Assembly (NCBI GenBank): GCA_022813965.1
Contig: JALDZS010000075.1
Span: 62,001 to 104,104, forward strand
Length of the DNA stretch: 42,104 bases
Source of the DNA: Toensbergia leucococca
Taxonomy: Eukaryota
Direction of reading: 5' to 3'
In this document: positions 10,753 to 22,575 of the stretch, in pieces
Position numbering within the stretch: position 1 is the first letter of the stretch
Layout of the letters: the number at the start of each line of letters is the position of its first letter
The notes under the pieces: generated by a model
The model's database searches: none
Told to the model about the DNA's origin: nothing
The model's input: only the letters and a program-made list of their open reading frames with translations
Translations under genes and position numbers: made by a program

Positions 10753-13496
10753 TCACTCATCGTCTCCAACACTGCCTTCCTTTCCAACCTCTTCCTCGAC
10801 CTCGGCCTCGACACCTCCAGCATTCTCTTCAGCGGGCCCGATCTTCACCCCTCCAGTCCCAGTCTCGGAGACCTCCACTTCCATAGCCCCAGACTCGATA
10901 GGCCCAGACGCCACAGCTCCGATCTCCACAGCCCACGCATCAACAGCTCCAGCTTCCATAGCTCCCGTTTCAACAATTCCAGATGCTACAGCTCCCGGCT
11001 CAACAGCTCCAGATTCCACAGCTCCAGCCTCCACAACCCCAGGCTTCACCAGCTCGCCCCCCAGATCTGTCCCAAATATAAGCCTAACCCTCTCCTCCAA
11101 GCGCTTCACATCCTCCACACTCATTCTCTCCCCGCGCTCCGCGCCCCCACCATCAACCCACTCCTCAACCCCATTCCCATCCAACTTCCTCGCCTTCTTC
11201 TTCTTCTTCTTATTCTTATTCTTCGCCTTACCCTCCCCACCAGGCGTATCATTCCCTCCAGTAGGCGTACTCCCATCCACATTCTCCAACCCCGCCATCA
11301 CAGAGCTCCGCTTCGCACCACCCTTCCCCTTGTCCTCCTTCAGCACCTCAAACTTACCTTTCTCCTTGGGCACCCTCGCCTCCAATTCCATCGCCATCGC
11401 AGCCTTCAAGTCCGCATTTTCCTCGCCCGCAGCATTCTGTCCGACATCGATGCTAAAATCAACTTCATCCGGATGCCCATCAAACCGGCCCTGATGCGCC
11501 ACATTCTCCGCCTTCATCGCCGCATTCTGGTACAAAAAGCTCACCAACAACGAACCATGCGCCATGGCATTCTGCACCTCGGCCCAAACCCCATGTTCCC
11601 ACGTATTAGCCCCCTGCCACAAATCCATACACGAGATGCCTCCTTTGGAGTATTTGCTGACAATGCGCTTGGCTCTAGCTTGGAAGGGCGGGACTATATC
11701 GCCGTTTTGGTTGACGCCGCCTCCAAGCGTGACGGTTTCATCGTCGTGGATCATGCTAGTGACGGCTTCGATGGGAGCACCGAAACAGGCCCATTTGCCT
11801 CCGCGGCCTTTCTTGCGCTCTTTGCCGCTCTGTTGGAAGCGGATGCCGAAGAATAGCCACCAGCCTTGTCCGTGTCCTGCGTACTGTCGTCAGCTTGCGA
11901 TCACTCATATGAAGTGTACTAGGCTCGAAGAGTTGACATACCGCGCTTGATTGCAGCCTCTGCTAGTTCCTTACTCCAGCCGCCAGTCCCATCCTTCTTT
12001 TCTCCCAACTTCCCCAAGCGCTTTTCCCTCACATTCTTGATCCATGCCTTATTCTCTGCGACTTTGAATTGGCCGTGAATGATAGCTTCGACGCCGTCGA
12101 GGCCAACTTCAAAATGTAGTAGTAGGACTGAGCGTGACTGAGTTGGGGTTTTAATGGCACGTGTCGTGTCTGTCAGGGTAAGGGTCAAGATGGGTTGGGC
12201 TGCTAGCATGGATTGGTGACAAATGGCGTGAGTAAAAGAATCGGGCATGTCGATCGGGTTAGGGACGGGATAGTAGGTGTATTTGCCTTTGACATTCTTA
12301 GGAGCTTCTGCAGATTCTTCGTCTATGTTATCCGAGACACTGGGTGGTTCATAAGCTGGAGTGCTTGACGTCGCTGGGGTGAACTCTGGGTCGACAGGCG
12401 CAAGACTTGATGATATTATATTTGAGTCGGCGATAGGAGAGCTCTCTGGAATTACCGAACTTGATTCAGGGTCTACTTCGCTGGTGTCTGCAACTCCAGT
12501 GCTCATATCTTCGTCATTCTCGGGCATCTCGTCGCCGTATGGTGTTCCAGTGTATATGCTACTCGGCTTGTAAGGTGGGGTCTCCTCGTATGATTCAAGC
12601 ATACGAAGAAATTGAAGCTGTGAACTGGTTTTCGATACGTCTGTGGCCCCAGAGGAAGTGACAGTGTCTTCCACAGAGCTCTCTTGGTCCTGGCTATCAG
12701 TATTCATAACTGATAAGCTCACTCCTCCTGATTCAGTAATTGTAGAGCTTTCTCCAGCACTGGTCGTGATGCCACTGTTGGTAGCACCGCTGCTCGATTC
12801 ATCTATCTTGAAAGTCTTCATAACATCTCCCTCTGCCTTCGCATCATCACCAGCAGAAGCAGCAATCTTGGCTTCCATGTCTGCAGAACTAATCTCATTG
12901 CCAAGAATCTTCTCGTGAATCGCAGTGTCCCGGTCGGTCATCTTGATATTCAAATCCAAATACTCCAGCTTTTCAGATTTCCTATTCATGTCCAGACGGA
13001 CATCTTCGCATTCATTTAATGCACCTCGAAGTACCGCTCCACATCGCTCCACTTGTTTTTGCGAAACAGTCCATGACGGTGGTAGAGGCGGAATAGGCCA
13101 TTGCTCCCCGTTGTAAATCTCAAGCGCGTTTTGAAGATTGCGACTTGCAGCCTGGACGTGAGGAAGACGTTCCTTGTAGAGGGTTTCAAGATGTTGACGT
13201 TGACTACGAGGGCTAGCTTCGGCTAAGCATAATTTGTCCATTTCCAATACGTTACTTGGGTTGATGATCAAGGCGACATTTTGAGAAGCGATTTTGGCTT
13301 CGAGTGCTTCCAGTCCAGGGGCTGGTGAATCGTCAAGGGCACGACGAATAGTTCGTCGACTATGACCCATTGGTAGCCTACCTATGTTGGAGTTTGCTAA
13401 TGCTTCAACAGTATCAGTGTTTTCATGGCTGGCGGTTGCGTGTACTGGTGGCTTGTTAGGAGGAGTGTTTGGTGACTGAGTAGGTAGTTCCGCCAT
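10753..13496 (-). CDS. Uncharacterised ~890-aa protein, 2 exons; coiled-coil and Ser/acidic regions, a Trp-rich globular segment, Lys tract and pentapeptide-repeat tail
   Basis: Intron 11941-11877 (GTATGT..GCTGAC..CAG) joins ORFs 11919..13496 and 10753..11754 in frame: AAIKR-GHGQGWWLFFGIRF...WACFGAP...MIHDD. Confidence 0.75.
10880..11045. repeat. Degenerate 15-bp coding tandem repeat (AGCTCCAGATTCCAC-like; GAVES/GAVEP pentapeptides on the minus strand)
   Basis: About 10 imperfect units visible, e.g. agctccagcttccat, agctcccggctcaac, agctccagattccac. Confidence 0.8.
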
Positions 13497-15645
13497 TTTA
13501 GCCCCCGAATCTAGTTCAAGATCGGCAAAACAAGGAGGAAGAGTTGATTGCTAAAGTTTGATATCGTAGCTGTGTTGACGAAACAAAAGGTGGGGAGTGC
13601 AAGAAGAGTGGAAGGTGTCACGAACACGAACCAGACTCACAAAGACTAATAGCGTCCACGGCTTTGTTGACGTTTAGGGGGGGTGGTCGCCGCGGTCACG
13701 GGATAGGGAAACCCTTAGCGTCTGTCAACGATTCCCAACGAGGTAAAGACCGCTTCTCCACAGTGCTGGTACAACAGCAAACAACGCAAACTTATCTAAG
13801 TAAGAGAATTAACTTGTTGATACAGCAGCCACTTGAATGGCACAGGGAGCATTCAAGATACTGTATGTGAGATTCACTTACCACGGTGCTCACTGACTTG
13901 GCTTTCAAGAGGAATGTTTTGCCTCAGAGACATAAATTACCGCAGGTCTTTCCTTTTCCATAGAAAGATCGTGCTTTCCCAAAGGTCAACACATAAGCTT
14001 CGAGAGGATTCCTTGTACAAACCCTGAAATCCTCCTGTACAATGGCAAATCATCATGTTGACAATGCTGGGTAGCATCCTCTACTCAGTGTCCCTACATC
14101 TATCAGTTTCTTCAGCATTGCTACTGGTCAACCGCTTCGGCAGCAGACTCATCCAGTCATTTGAGCCACGTCCGCAGCATCCGTAAGATCTGAGAGTTGA
14201 TGATTAGTAGTCAGACTTTTTTGTGTATGCGATATCACCTAAAGCAAGGCTGGTAGCAGCAATAAACTAGAGCCGTTTGCAAAAAGTCATGATGTTGGAA
14301 AATCTGAGACTAGCCTTTCTATGTGTCCAACGGACATTCACAAGGTACGAGGTTGCTATAATCATTGCGGAGACATAGCACAGTTTTCCATGTTACTGTT
14401 CCGTACTCTGGGCTCAAGTTCATAACTTCAAAACCTCCTCAAGGTCACGGCAAGGTCCTGGCGGGCTAAAATTCCGAAAGTATTATCCATTTGAGAGACC
14501 GGTATCTCCATGTTCTGTGCGTCGGTACAAAATCAACTGCCTATACTAATATCAGGTGCCATGGAAGACAGAAGGCAATCAACAGAGAATCTTCCAATCC
14601 AATCAACAATTTGAGCACGAGCAGGAAGGAAGACTAGACGACTGGCTCGGCAAGAAGTTGAAGTTCATCCTTGATTGAAGTCACCTCTGGCAAGTTCAAG
14701 AAATACTGATCTCTTAGATTACCATATGCCTTCCAAGCTATGTGCAAGATTTGCCTGGTGCGACCAAAGATCTTGACCCATCCTGCTTACTTACTGTAGT
14801 GGCTGGAACCCGCATTCGGTCTCCTACCGTTCAGCTGTTTGAGAAACAAATTCGAAACTAAAGAACAAATTATTGTTAAAGAAAATTGATGTGAAAGAAC
14901 AAAGCGAAACACACAATACAATAAAGGGAAGGAAATTTGGCAAACTTATTGCACATGAAAGAGCAATACAACCTTGAATAGGCCAATGAGTTTTCTGACT
15001 TCGTCTCTCTCAAATGGCCAACAGAGTGAAGTGAATTTTGACTTCATCTTGCTGGCCTGACTCAATGACTTGTTTGGACGGTGAAGATTCAATTGTCGAA
15101 CATCTAAGATTGGCAAATGAGTAAGGTCATGGTGTATATGTAGTAGTAGAATCAGCTCTAAGAATCAGAACTTCCCTTGAATGCTCGAGTATCTGACAAA
15201 AACGAAGAATTGATCTTATTGATGGAGTACGGAGTAGGAGAGTGGACAATAGATTAAGCTCATCCCACCTCCGACCTATTGTTCCATCCCATCTTGACGC
15301 TAGTGACATACCCTTGCTTACACGCACACGCCCACATCGTCATTCGCATTCATCAAGCACCCTCCTCATCTTCACCAATTACACACTCGTTCCCTCTGCA
15401 CCATACCTACCCTCAGAAGCACTATCCACAATCTCTGCCTAATCATTTGTCGACTTATCAAAATTCGGTTCAACTTAGCATCAATCTTCCACTCTTCTTT
15501 TGTGTATTTACTGGGTCACAAACCTACAGTCATCACAAATCTTTACTGGCTGTAGGTACTCAGCTTCACTCTAAGTAAGCCCTCTGAGCTTTGACATATT
15601 AGCTAACAACTTACAGACGTGCTGTGCACCGCCGCCTGCAGAAGA

Positions 15646-17375
15646 ATGGCAAATTCTCTCTCGCCTCAGCCCTCGGTGCTGCCGCCCACTGGCATCTTCT
15701 CAAATACCAACCGTCTCTCTGCTACTCCTCCCATTCCACCAGTTGTCTCAAAACGACACAAGCGTATGAATGCTCTTTCGGAGCGTTTGAATGACATCAG
15801 CGCCCATTTCGCCCAAAATCGTGATGTTGAGTATCGATCACAATTACAGGCTCTTCAGCTCGACATGAATTTCATAAACCGGGCCAATCTATATCAAGAT
15901 AGACCATTGGATGATTTCAGTGACGATATCGTCGCTGAGATCAATTCGAGTATTGCGAATAATGGATCGCGTGCCGGGCAAGCTGGATCCCGGATGCCAG
16001 ATATCGAAGCTCCGCCGGCAGCGGGAAAATGGGCGTCGAAATTTGTCGATGAGATCAATGATACCATGGAGCAGCGAGATACTCAGTTGACAGATGTTGC
16101 TGTACGTTGACTCCATCTTTTTTCACTCTTTGTTGGCTGCAGCCGCGGGCTCTATAGCCTATAAAATGTGGATCAGGAAAACGAACTAACAATTCCTGCT
16201 ATTAGGAACGACGAATCAAACAGATCCAAGCTCTACAAGAGGAAAACGTGTTTAAAATCCAGGTGGCCCAGGAAGAGCATAAGAAGCTTGCCGCCAGCAT
16301 TCGCGATCGACTCATACATACCGTAGGCCAGAAGAAGGCGAGGCTGATTAAGGAGAAAGAACAGCTCGATATCGCCGACACAAATGCTTTACTCTTCCAT
16401 CCAACCCAATTTAGCATTACCAATCCTGCAAGCCCTGGAGGCGCACAAAGCAATCGAAAGACGAGACATACTCGACATCGACTAGAGGTTGATGATCTTG
16501 GGACACTTGGAGAAGGCAACAAGAGAAAGCGCATAGTTACCGACGCAGACAATGGCTCCCCTGGGCCTACAATGCGGGCGATTGAAGCAGAAGTCATGAA
16601 CCCCTGGAAGGAGTCTCAGCTTAGGATGGAAAATCATCAGATGACCGCGCCTTTATATTCCATCGATCGTCTTTTCTCTGAAAAAGAATTAGCAATGCAT
16701 TTTCAGGCTGCTTCTCACGCCACTGTCGATTATTTTCGTAACAAAAACAGCGGCGACTCTAATGGTGGTGATGAGTCAGGCACTATCACCAACGGCGACG
16801 CTACGGATGAAGATGATAATCTTGGAGGTTCTGGAAATGGAACAATGATTAATGAAGGTGACGCTGAGAACGAAGATATTCCAATGGCAGCACCAGAGAT
16901 GGATCGTACAGCCAATCAATCCACCCATGCCACCCGCTCTACTCGCAACAAGAACCCTCATACTGGGAAGTTTTCCATCACCTTTCCTGACGACATGGCA
17001 GGTCGAGCTGCCGCGATACCACTCTATGGTAGTTCAGCCAAAGAGAGGAAAAAGGAAGACGAGAATCGAGCTCCTGGCCTTTCAGAACAAGAGAAAGCTG
17101 ACGACATAGCTATGATGAAGGTGGCAATGGATGAACAAAAGTCTGGCAGATGGAACACGAAGCTACTCGAGCACTTGTGTGAGCCCAAAATGACCACAAA
17201 TTCTCTTGGAGGCCTTTTTATGAGCAAACAGCCTAGTTTGACTGGAAAGAGTGATATTGGAGGCTTTCCTATGAGTCGAGACCACTCTGGTATTGAAGGA
17301 TCAGCGATGAAAAGGAGTGCAAGTGCTGCCGACTATATGAACGGGAATGGGGGGAAAAGGGCGAAAATAAGGTAG
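15646..17375 (+). CDS. SDS3: Sds3-like subunit of the Sin3/Rpd3L histone deacetylase complex, 2 coding exons
   Basis: SKRHKRMNALSERLNDISAHFAQNRDVEYRSQLQALQLDM...; intron 16102-16205 joins in frame to EEHKKLAASIRDRLIHTVGQKKARLIKEKEQLDIADTNALLFHPTQFSITNPASPGG..RKTRHTRHR. A probable 5'UTR intron ends at 15616 (GCTAAC..TTACAG). Confidence 0.85.
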
Positions 17376-17796
17376 AGTCCGGATTCGGGTGTCTCGATAT
17401 CCTCCTTCCTATGACGGTAGAATGAAAATCTAGTGGTCGAATCTACCATGCGATCGGATGCCGTGCGCAACAATCCTGACGACCATGCTGGACTGGTGCC
17501 AAATGGGGTTGCGAGGGAAGATGACAAGGCAGAGGATTGGATTACACATTTCTAAACAATGCTTACCTTATACATTACCTTACTTTGCATTCAGGAGTTT
17601 CTGAAACCTATTTTCAGGCATTACTTGATGAGTGTGCTTCCTAGCGATCCTTTAGTTATGAACCTGCATCACGGGCGTCTAGATATCTGCATCTAAGCAT
17701 CTACTTTACATATAGCAAATTGCATGTAGAATTGATGCAATTTACCAGCACGATCTCTCACTGCCTTCCAAATTAAAACATCACGCCTGCATCTTC

Positions 17797-18537
17797 TCAT
17801 CCACCAACCCTTTCCACCTTTCCCCCGTACAAACATTCCCTCGTCCCCCTCCAAACCTCCTCCACAATCTCCCGCTTCGGCAGCAATTTCTAGCTCCCAA
17901 AAACAGAAGTCAGCCCATCCATTCCTTTCCCCAAACCCCCAATTCACCAAGAAGTAAAAACACACACGACCACACTCACCGGAAACACAACCACAACTTC
18001 TCCCTCCCCTTCTACCACTACAGCAAGATAGTATCTCACCTCCATACCCCGAAATGCCTCATGGATAAAGATATCTCTGATCTGGCTCGTAGGGATGAAA
18101 CGTGACGTTGGTGGAAGGAGGTAGGTGGGAGAGAGGGTCGAGGTCTGAAGGCCGAGCGTGCGGAGGGTAAGAAGTGTTTCTTCTGTTGTGGAAAGGAGAG
18201 TGAGGGGTTAGCTTACTTTAGGGAAACGGGAGTGTTTATGACGAATTTTACCGGTATGAAATCGGCGGAACACAACAAGGATGCTTAGGACTGACAGCGG
18301 GCCCTGCACGGACCAGGGCAGCGCGGCTGCATGATTTCTTAAGTAAGAGGGAAAGAGGGACGGGACGGTTCTTGCAAGGAGAAGGGTGAGAGTCGCGACG
18401 AGGAGGAGAAATCGCAGGGGAAGCAATAGGTAGTGCGTGAGGTGGGAGAGGGGGGTTGAGCGAGGAGGGGAAGTGGAAATGGTATGGGAGATTGTTGTTG
18501 CGGAGGGGTGGAGAGTGGTGAGGTGGTGGGGGGACAT
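17797..18537 (-). CDS. GPI15: GPI-GlcNAc transferase complex subunit PIG-H/Gpi15, 3 exons
   Basis: Exons 18537-18252, 18182-17980, 17889-17797; two N-terminal hydrophobic helices, then EETLLTLRTLGLQTST...RFIPTSQIRDIFIHEAFRGMEVRYYLAVVVEGEGEVVVVFP-KLLPKREIVEEVWRG, the PIG-H signature. Confidence 0.9.
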
Positions 18538-18765
18538 TTGATGAAACGCAGTGGGGTGGAGCGGAGGATTACCTTATGGGGGCCATGTGGTAGTAGGGCT
18601 TAGCGTGGCACTTCTGAATTAGCGGCGGAGAGACATGCGTCATTCCCGACCCTATCGAGAACCTAATGGCGTGAAACCTGGAATTTTTTCTCACTTCACG
18701 TCTCGGAAGCCCTTCAATCTTGCTCTGTTTCCGAAAACCAACGTCCACCCACTAACGAAAGAAGC

Positions 18766-19757
18766 ATGGCCCCTTCCCCTCCGAGTCATGGCTCACGCTC
18801 CCGATCCCCTCCTCCCCAGCCCTCATCTCTCGACCGCCAAGACCGCCCCCGATCCCGCTCCCCGATTCCCCGCACCGACGGATCCCGCATCGATAAGAAC
18901 CGACCCAGACATCGAGAGCGAGAGCTCGACCGGCCGCGAGAGAACTTCCGACCACGAGAAAACGACTACCCACGATACAGCGACTATGACCGCGACAGCG
19001 ACCGCCGCCGCCGCGACCACGACCGACCCCCAAGACACAGCACCGGCGGCGGAAGCAGCGGTTTCCGCTGGAAATCCAAAGCCCGTACCCCCTCCCCCCC
19101 CTCCTCGTCGCAAAACCTCGAGCGCGGCTACCGCCAGCAGAACGATTCCCGCAAACAAGACGACTACCAAGAGCGAAGCAGGCACGCAAGAGGGCAAGCA
19201 CCAACTCCGCGAGCACAAGCCTCAGCACGAACATCAGAGCCAGCACCAGCGGAGGAGGGATCGAAGCCCGAGACACCCAGGCAAGAGAAAAAGGAAAGGA
19301 AGGAAAAACCCGCACCAGCCCCGGCGCCGGCGGGCGAGGCGATGATCATCGTGAACGTGAATGATCGACTAGGAACCAAGGCCTCGATTCCATGCCTGGC
19401 GTCCGATCCAATAAGTGCGTCTGCCACCTCCTCTCCCCTTCTCTCCTTACCTCACTCCCAATTCCCCCCTCAACTAATCAACCCCCTCCTTCACCGGAGG
19501 AAAAAACAGAGCTCTTCAAAGCCCAAGTCGCCGCCCGCATCGGGCGCGAACCGCACGAAATCATGCTCAAGCGACAGGGGGAGCGGCCGTTCAAGGACGG
19601 CCTGACGCTGGAGGATTATGGGGTTAGTAATGGGGTGCAGTTGGATTTGTGAGTTTTGCCCCCCCGCTCCTCCACCTTTTCCTTCCAGGGGAGGCTTTTT
19701 TTTTTGGGAGAGGGACTGATTCTGTGTATTTGCAGGGAGGTTGACACGGGAGATTGA
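18766..19757 (+). CDS. HUB1: Ubiquitin-like splicing factor Hub1/UBL5 with a 192-aa RS/RD-rich N-terminal extension, 3 exons
   Basis: Introns 19415-19509 and 19649-19735 give MIIVNVNDRLGTKASIPCLASDPI-KLFKAQVAARIGREPHEIMLKRQGERPFKDGLTLEDYGVSNGVQLDL-EVDTGD*; NDRLG and LEDY are Hub1 motifs. The ubiquitin-like domain starts at ATG 19342. Confidence 0.88.
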
Positions 19758-20051
19758 GGGAGTTGCGTTTAATTATGGGAGGTAGGGAGGATGGAGAGAT
19801 GGAATTGGGAGAAATTTTAGCCCAGCGAAGAGGGCAGGAAGCAGGGAATAGAAAAAGGGGAAAGGAGATTCCAGAGACGTAACAGGGCGGATTTGATACC
19901 CAAGCGGCGAACACATACTCCAACAGCTCTTATAGCGGCAGCGGAAAAGGCGACAGCTTCATTAAACCAACGCTGCTTAATAGGGGCGGACTAATCACCA
20001 CAGTTCTCACTCTTAGCGTTTTCCCAAAACAATCTCCTTTGCCCGTTGTCC

Positions 20052-20095
20052 ATCATATCATATCATATCATATCATATCATATCACATCACATCA
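20052..20095. repeat. (ATCAT)n pentanucleotide microsatellite
   Basis: atcatatcatatcatatcatatcatatcatatcacatcacatca: six perfect units, then ATCAC variants. Confidence 0.9.
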
Positions 20096-20495
20096 TTTCC
20101 CCCCCCAATCAGAAAGAGAGAAAGGAAAAAACCCCCGCGATACTGCGCTCTTGCAGCAAAGAAAAACCTGACCCAAACCCATCACAACAATTTCATTCCG
20201 TCGTAAAGTGCTCCTCGGACAAAAGTCAGGAAGCCCCAGGGGGGAGGCGAGGGGAAGCGAACCTGGGAGAAAGAAAAGAGAGAAAAGAGGAAAAAGATTT
20301 GCAACGCCAACAATCGCAAGCATTCCAAACGAAAAGGTAAACCAGATCTCCCATCTTGCGCATCAAAGGTTCCCAAAGCCGCCAAAAAAAAACATCAAAA
20401 CCTCGACACACCACCCATCAGACCACGAACCAAAGATACCACAATGTGAAAGGAAAAGGGGGGAACCGCATTCCCCTCAATACCCCAAACCCCGA

Positions 20496-20523
20496 CCCCC
20501 CCCCCCCCCCCCCCCAAAAAAAA
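20496..20523. repeat. C20 homopolymer followed by A8
   Basis: Directly visible run, just 3' of the minus-strand gene ending at 20567 (G20 on that gene's strand). Confidence 0.9.
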
Positions 20524-20566
20524 GAACTTACCCAACAGGAACCAACCCATTCCATCCCAGCCCCAA

Positions 20567-21214
20567 TCACCCAGACGACTCCACCGTCTTGGCCCAAAAA
20601 AGCCCATTCCCATCCCCCACAAAATCATTACTCCGTCGCGCATAATTCTCCACCATAACCCCAGCCCCCAAAACCACCAACTCCAACGCCCTCCCCTCCA
20701 CGCCCCGCGAGCGAATCTCAAGCAGCCACTCCCTCTCCCCCTCCACGGCCATCTTATCCACAAGCTCCTGCACGCGCGCCAAGGGCTCGCCGGAGTCGTC
20801 GACGAGGGCGAGATCGGAGTGGGTGCCGCCGTCGCGTTTCCATTTCAGGGGGCCGAGGTCCGGGCTGTGGAAGGAGTGGGTGCCGGCGGTTTTGTTGTTG
20901 CTGGACATTTTTATGGTGGTGGTGGTGGTGGCGGTGGGACTGTTGGGGGAGGGGGAGGAGAGGGAGAGGGAGATGTTGGTGTTTGTGAAGAAGCCGAAGG
21001 TGGCGCTGGCGATGCAGGGGGTTGTGGGTGTGGGAGGCGGGCCCCGGTAGAGTTGCATATGGGGTTTTCTGGCGAAGAGGGAGGTGCTGTTTGTGGTTAG
21101 GGTGTATAGAGGTGTTTGGTTGTCGGAGTCGAGGATCAGGTAGCGGCGCGGGGTCCGGGTGGAGTTGTGGATGTGGAGGATGCGGGAGTATTCTGGGGCG
21201 GGGAGGTCGGCCAT
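20567..21214 (-). CDS. LURP-one/tubby C-terminal-like (DUF6593-type) small protein, ~215 aa
   Basis: SRILHI..ILDSDNQTPLYTL..KPHMQLYRG..IASATF..HSF..GPLKWKRDG..LALVDDSGEPLAR..LLEI..LELVVLGAGVMVE: beta-rich fold ending in a hydrophobic helix. ATG 21214 preferred over 21304. Confidence 0.6.
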   Translation of the reverse strand: MADLPAPEYSRILHIHNSTRTPRRYLILDSDNQTPLYTLTTNSTSLFARKPHMQLYRGPPPTPTTPCIASATFGFFTNTNISLSLSSPSPNSPTATTTTTIKMSSNNKTAGTHSFHSPDLGPLKWKRDGGTHSDLALVDDSGEPLARVQELVDKMAVEGEREWLLEIRSRGVEGRALELVVLGAGVMVENYARRSNDFVGDGNGLFWAKTVESSG

Positions 21215-21834
21215 TTTTTGGGTCGTGGAGGATTTTTGGGTGTCTTGATGGGAGTGATTTTGTTTTGGAAGGGCTAGATGTTTGTATATGGGGTTTCTTT
21301 GCAAGCGTGGAGGTTTATCGAAGGGCGCGGGGGACGATGGTTTTTCTATCTGAGTATCGAGGCAGAAAGTTGGTGGGTTGGGAATTGCTTTTGCTCATCA
21401 GCTTTTCGATTGGCAGCTTGCATACTCGGTATTAAAATAGCGGACAGCTGATGATGCTTCCGTTATCATGTGTGAGCTTTGTGAAAGGCCTTCCCAATCC
21501 TCGAATGGATGGATTGTGAGGTCCGGAGCTTCCTCAGTTGGTGTGGCATACCTCGGCATCGATGCTGGATGCGGTAAGGTATCGATTCTTGTTATCGTCT
21601 TATGCAGGATTTATGCATTAGAATATGCATATTGGTGTGTCCGAAACTGAGTCGATGAGGATTGAGGAGCGGCCGGCAACATAAATGCTCTTTTGTGAAG
21701 CGAGCCGATCCGTTGATATGTTATTCAGTGATGAAACCTCAACGGGCAATTGTGTCAGGATTAAGATTCTCAGCCTCAGCTACTATGAAGCACTATGTTG
21801 AACAATTGTGGGGGTTGAGACGCGGGTTTAAAAA

Positions 21835-22575
21835 AGGGTTTCACTATTCCGACACCCCATTTCGATAATCCCACACCCTCATTTTGATATTCCGACACCC
21901 CCCCCTACCACTACCCAATCAGGCAATAGAACCCACGGGCACACAGAGAAACATCATGATTTCGCACCACATTTCAAGTCAATTCCCCACCTCTTTTACA
22001 TGCTATCTACATCCTAAATTGCGTGTCATTTAGGAGTAGGATGACCTGGGGAATTTCATGGTTTTGTATCACAATTTGACTTGATGTTTCACCCCTACCC
22101 GGGCGCAATGTCACTCAGAATAGAGAAACATCGCGATCTTGAATCACAATTCAACGCAATTCTCTGCCTTCATTGCATGTCATCTACCCTCTCAATTACG
22201 TGCCATTTAGAAGTAGTAACACGGAGGGAATCATAGTGAATTCACACTCATTTTCACTGAGTTCTCCGCCCGGGCGCAATGCTGACGCGTTTCATCCCCA
22301 CCTCATCATTCATCATTCTACTACCTGATCCTCTGTGAATGACGTACTACTTCTGGCAGATATAGAGTTGAGCGATGCAATGAAGATGATAAATTGCATT
22401 GAATTGTGATGCAAAATCGCGATGTTTCAATACCTATCTGACATTGTGCCCGGTGATGACTACGCCTAATCAGACCTAATCATTGCTGGATTAGGTAGTG
22501 GTAGGGGGGCGGTGTCGGCATATCAAAATGGGGGTGTCGGTTTATCAAAATGGGGTGTCGGAATATTGAAACCGT
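21835..22575. mobile_element. Non-autonomous foldback/MITE-like DNA element (Tc1-mariner/Fot1-pogo-like ends)
   Basis: ~93-bp imperfect terminal inverted repeats (21835-21927 vs 22482-22575), each containing three CCGACACCCC(ATTTTGATA)-type subrepeats; right end ACCGT followed by TA (left flank reads AA); no transposase ORF. Confidence 0.85.

Noticed and set aside
10562..11856. Long + strand ORFs (310 aa and 370 aa)
   Set aside because: Antisense shadows of the G-rich minus-strand exon; C-rich low-complexity sequence lacks stops by composition.
18635..19427. Several overlapping 87-236 aa ORFs around HUB1
   Set aside because: GC-rich alternative frames; only the 18766 frame splices into the Hub1 domain.
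18766..19757. HUB1 as the modifier used by the neighbouring PARP-E2 fusion
   Set aside because: Hub1 lacks a C-terminal GG and acts non-covalently in splicing; the proximity is likely coincidental.
20093..20763. Cluster of ORFs over the A/C-rich tract
   Set aside because: Low-complexity 3' intergenic sequence with homopolymers; no domain features.
21835..22575. CRISPR-like reading of the short repeats
   Set aside because: Eukaryotic context, no cas genes, no unique spacers; the repeats are inverted TIR subrepeats.
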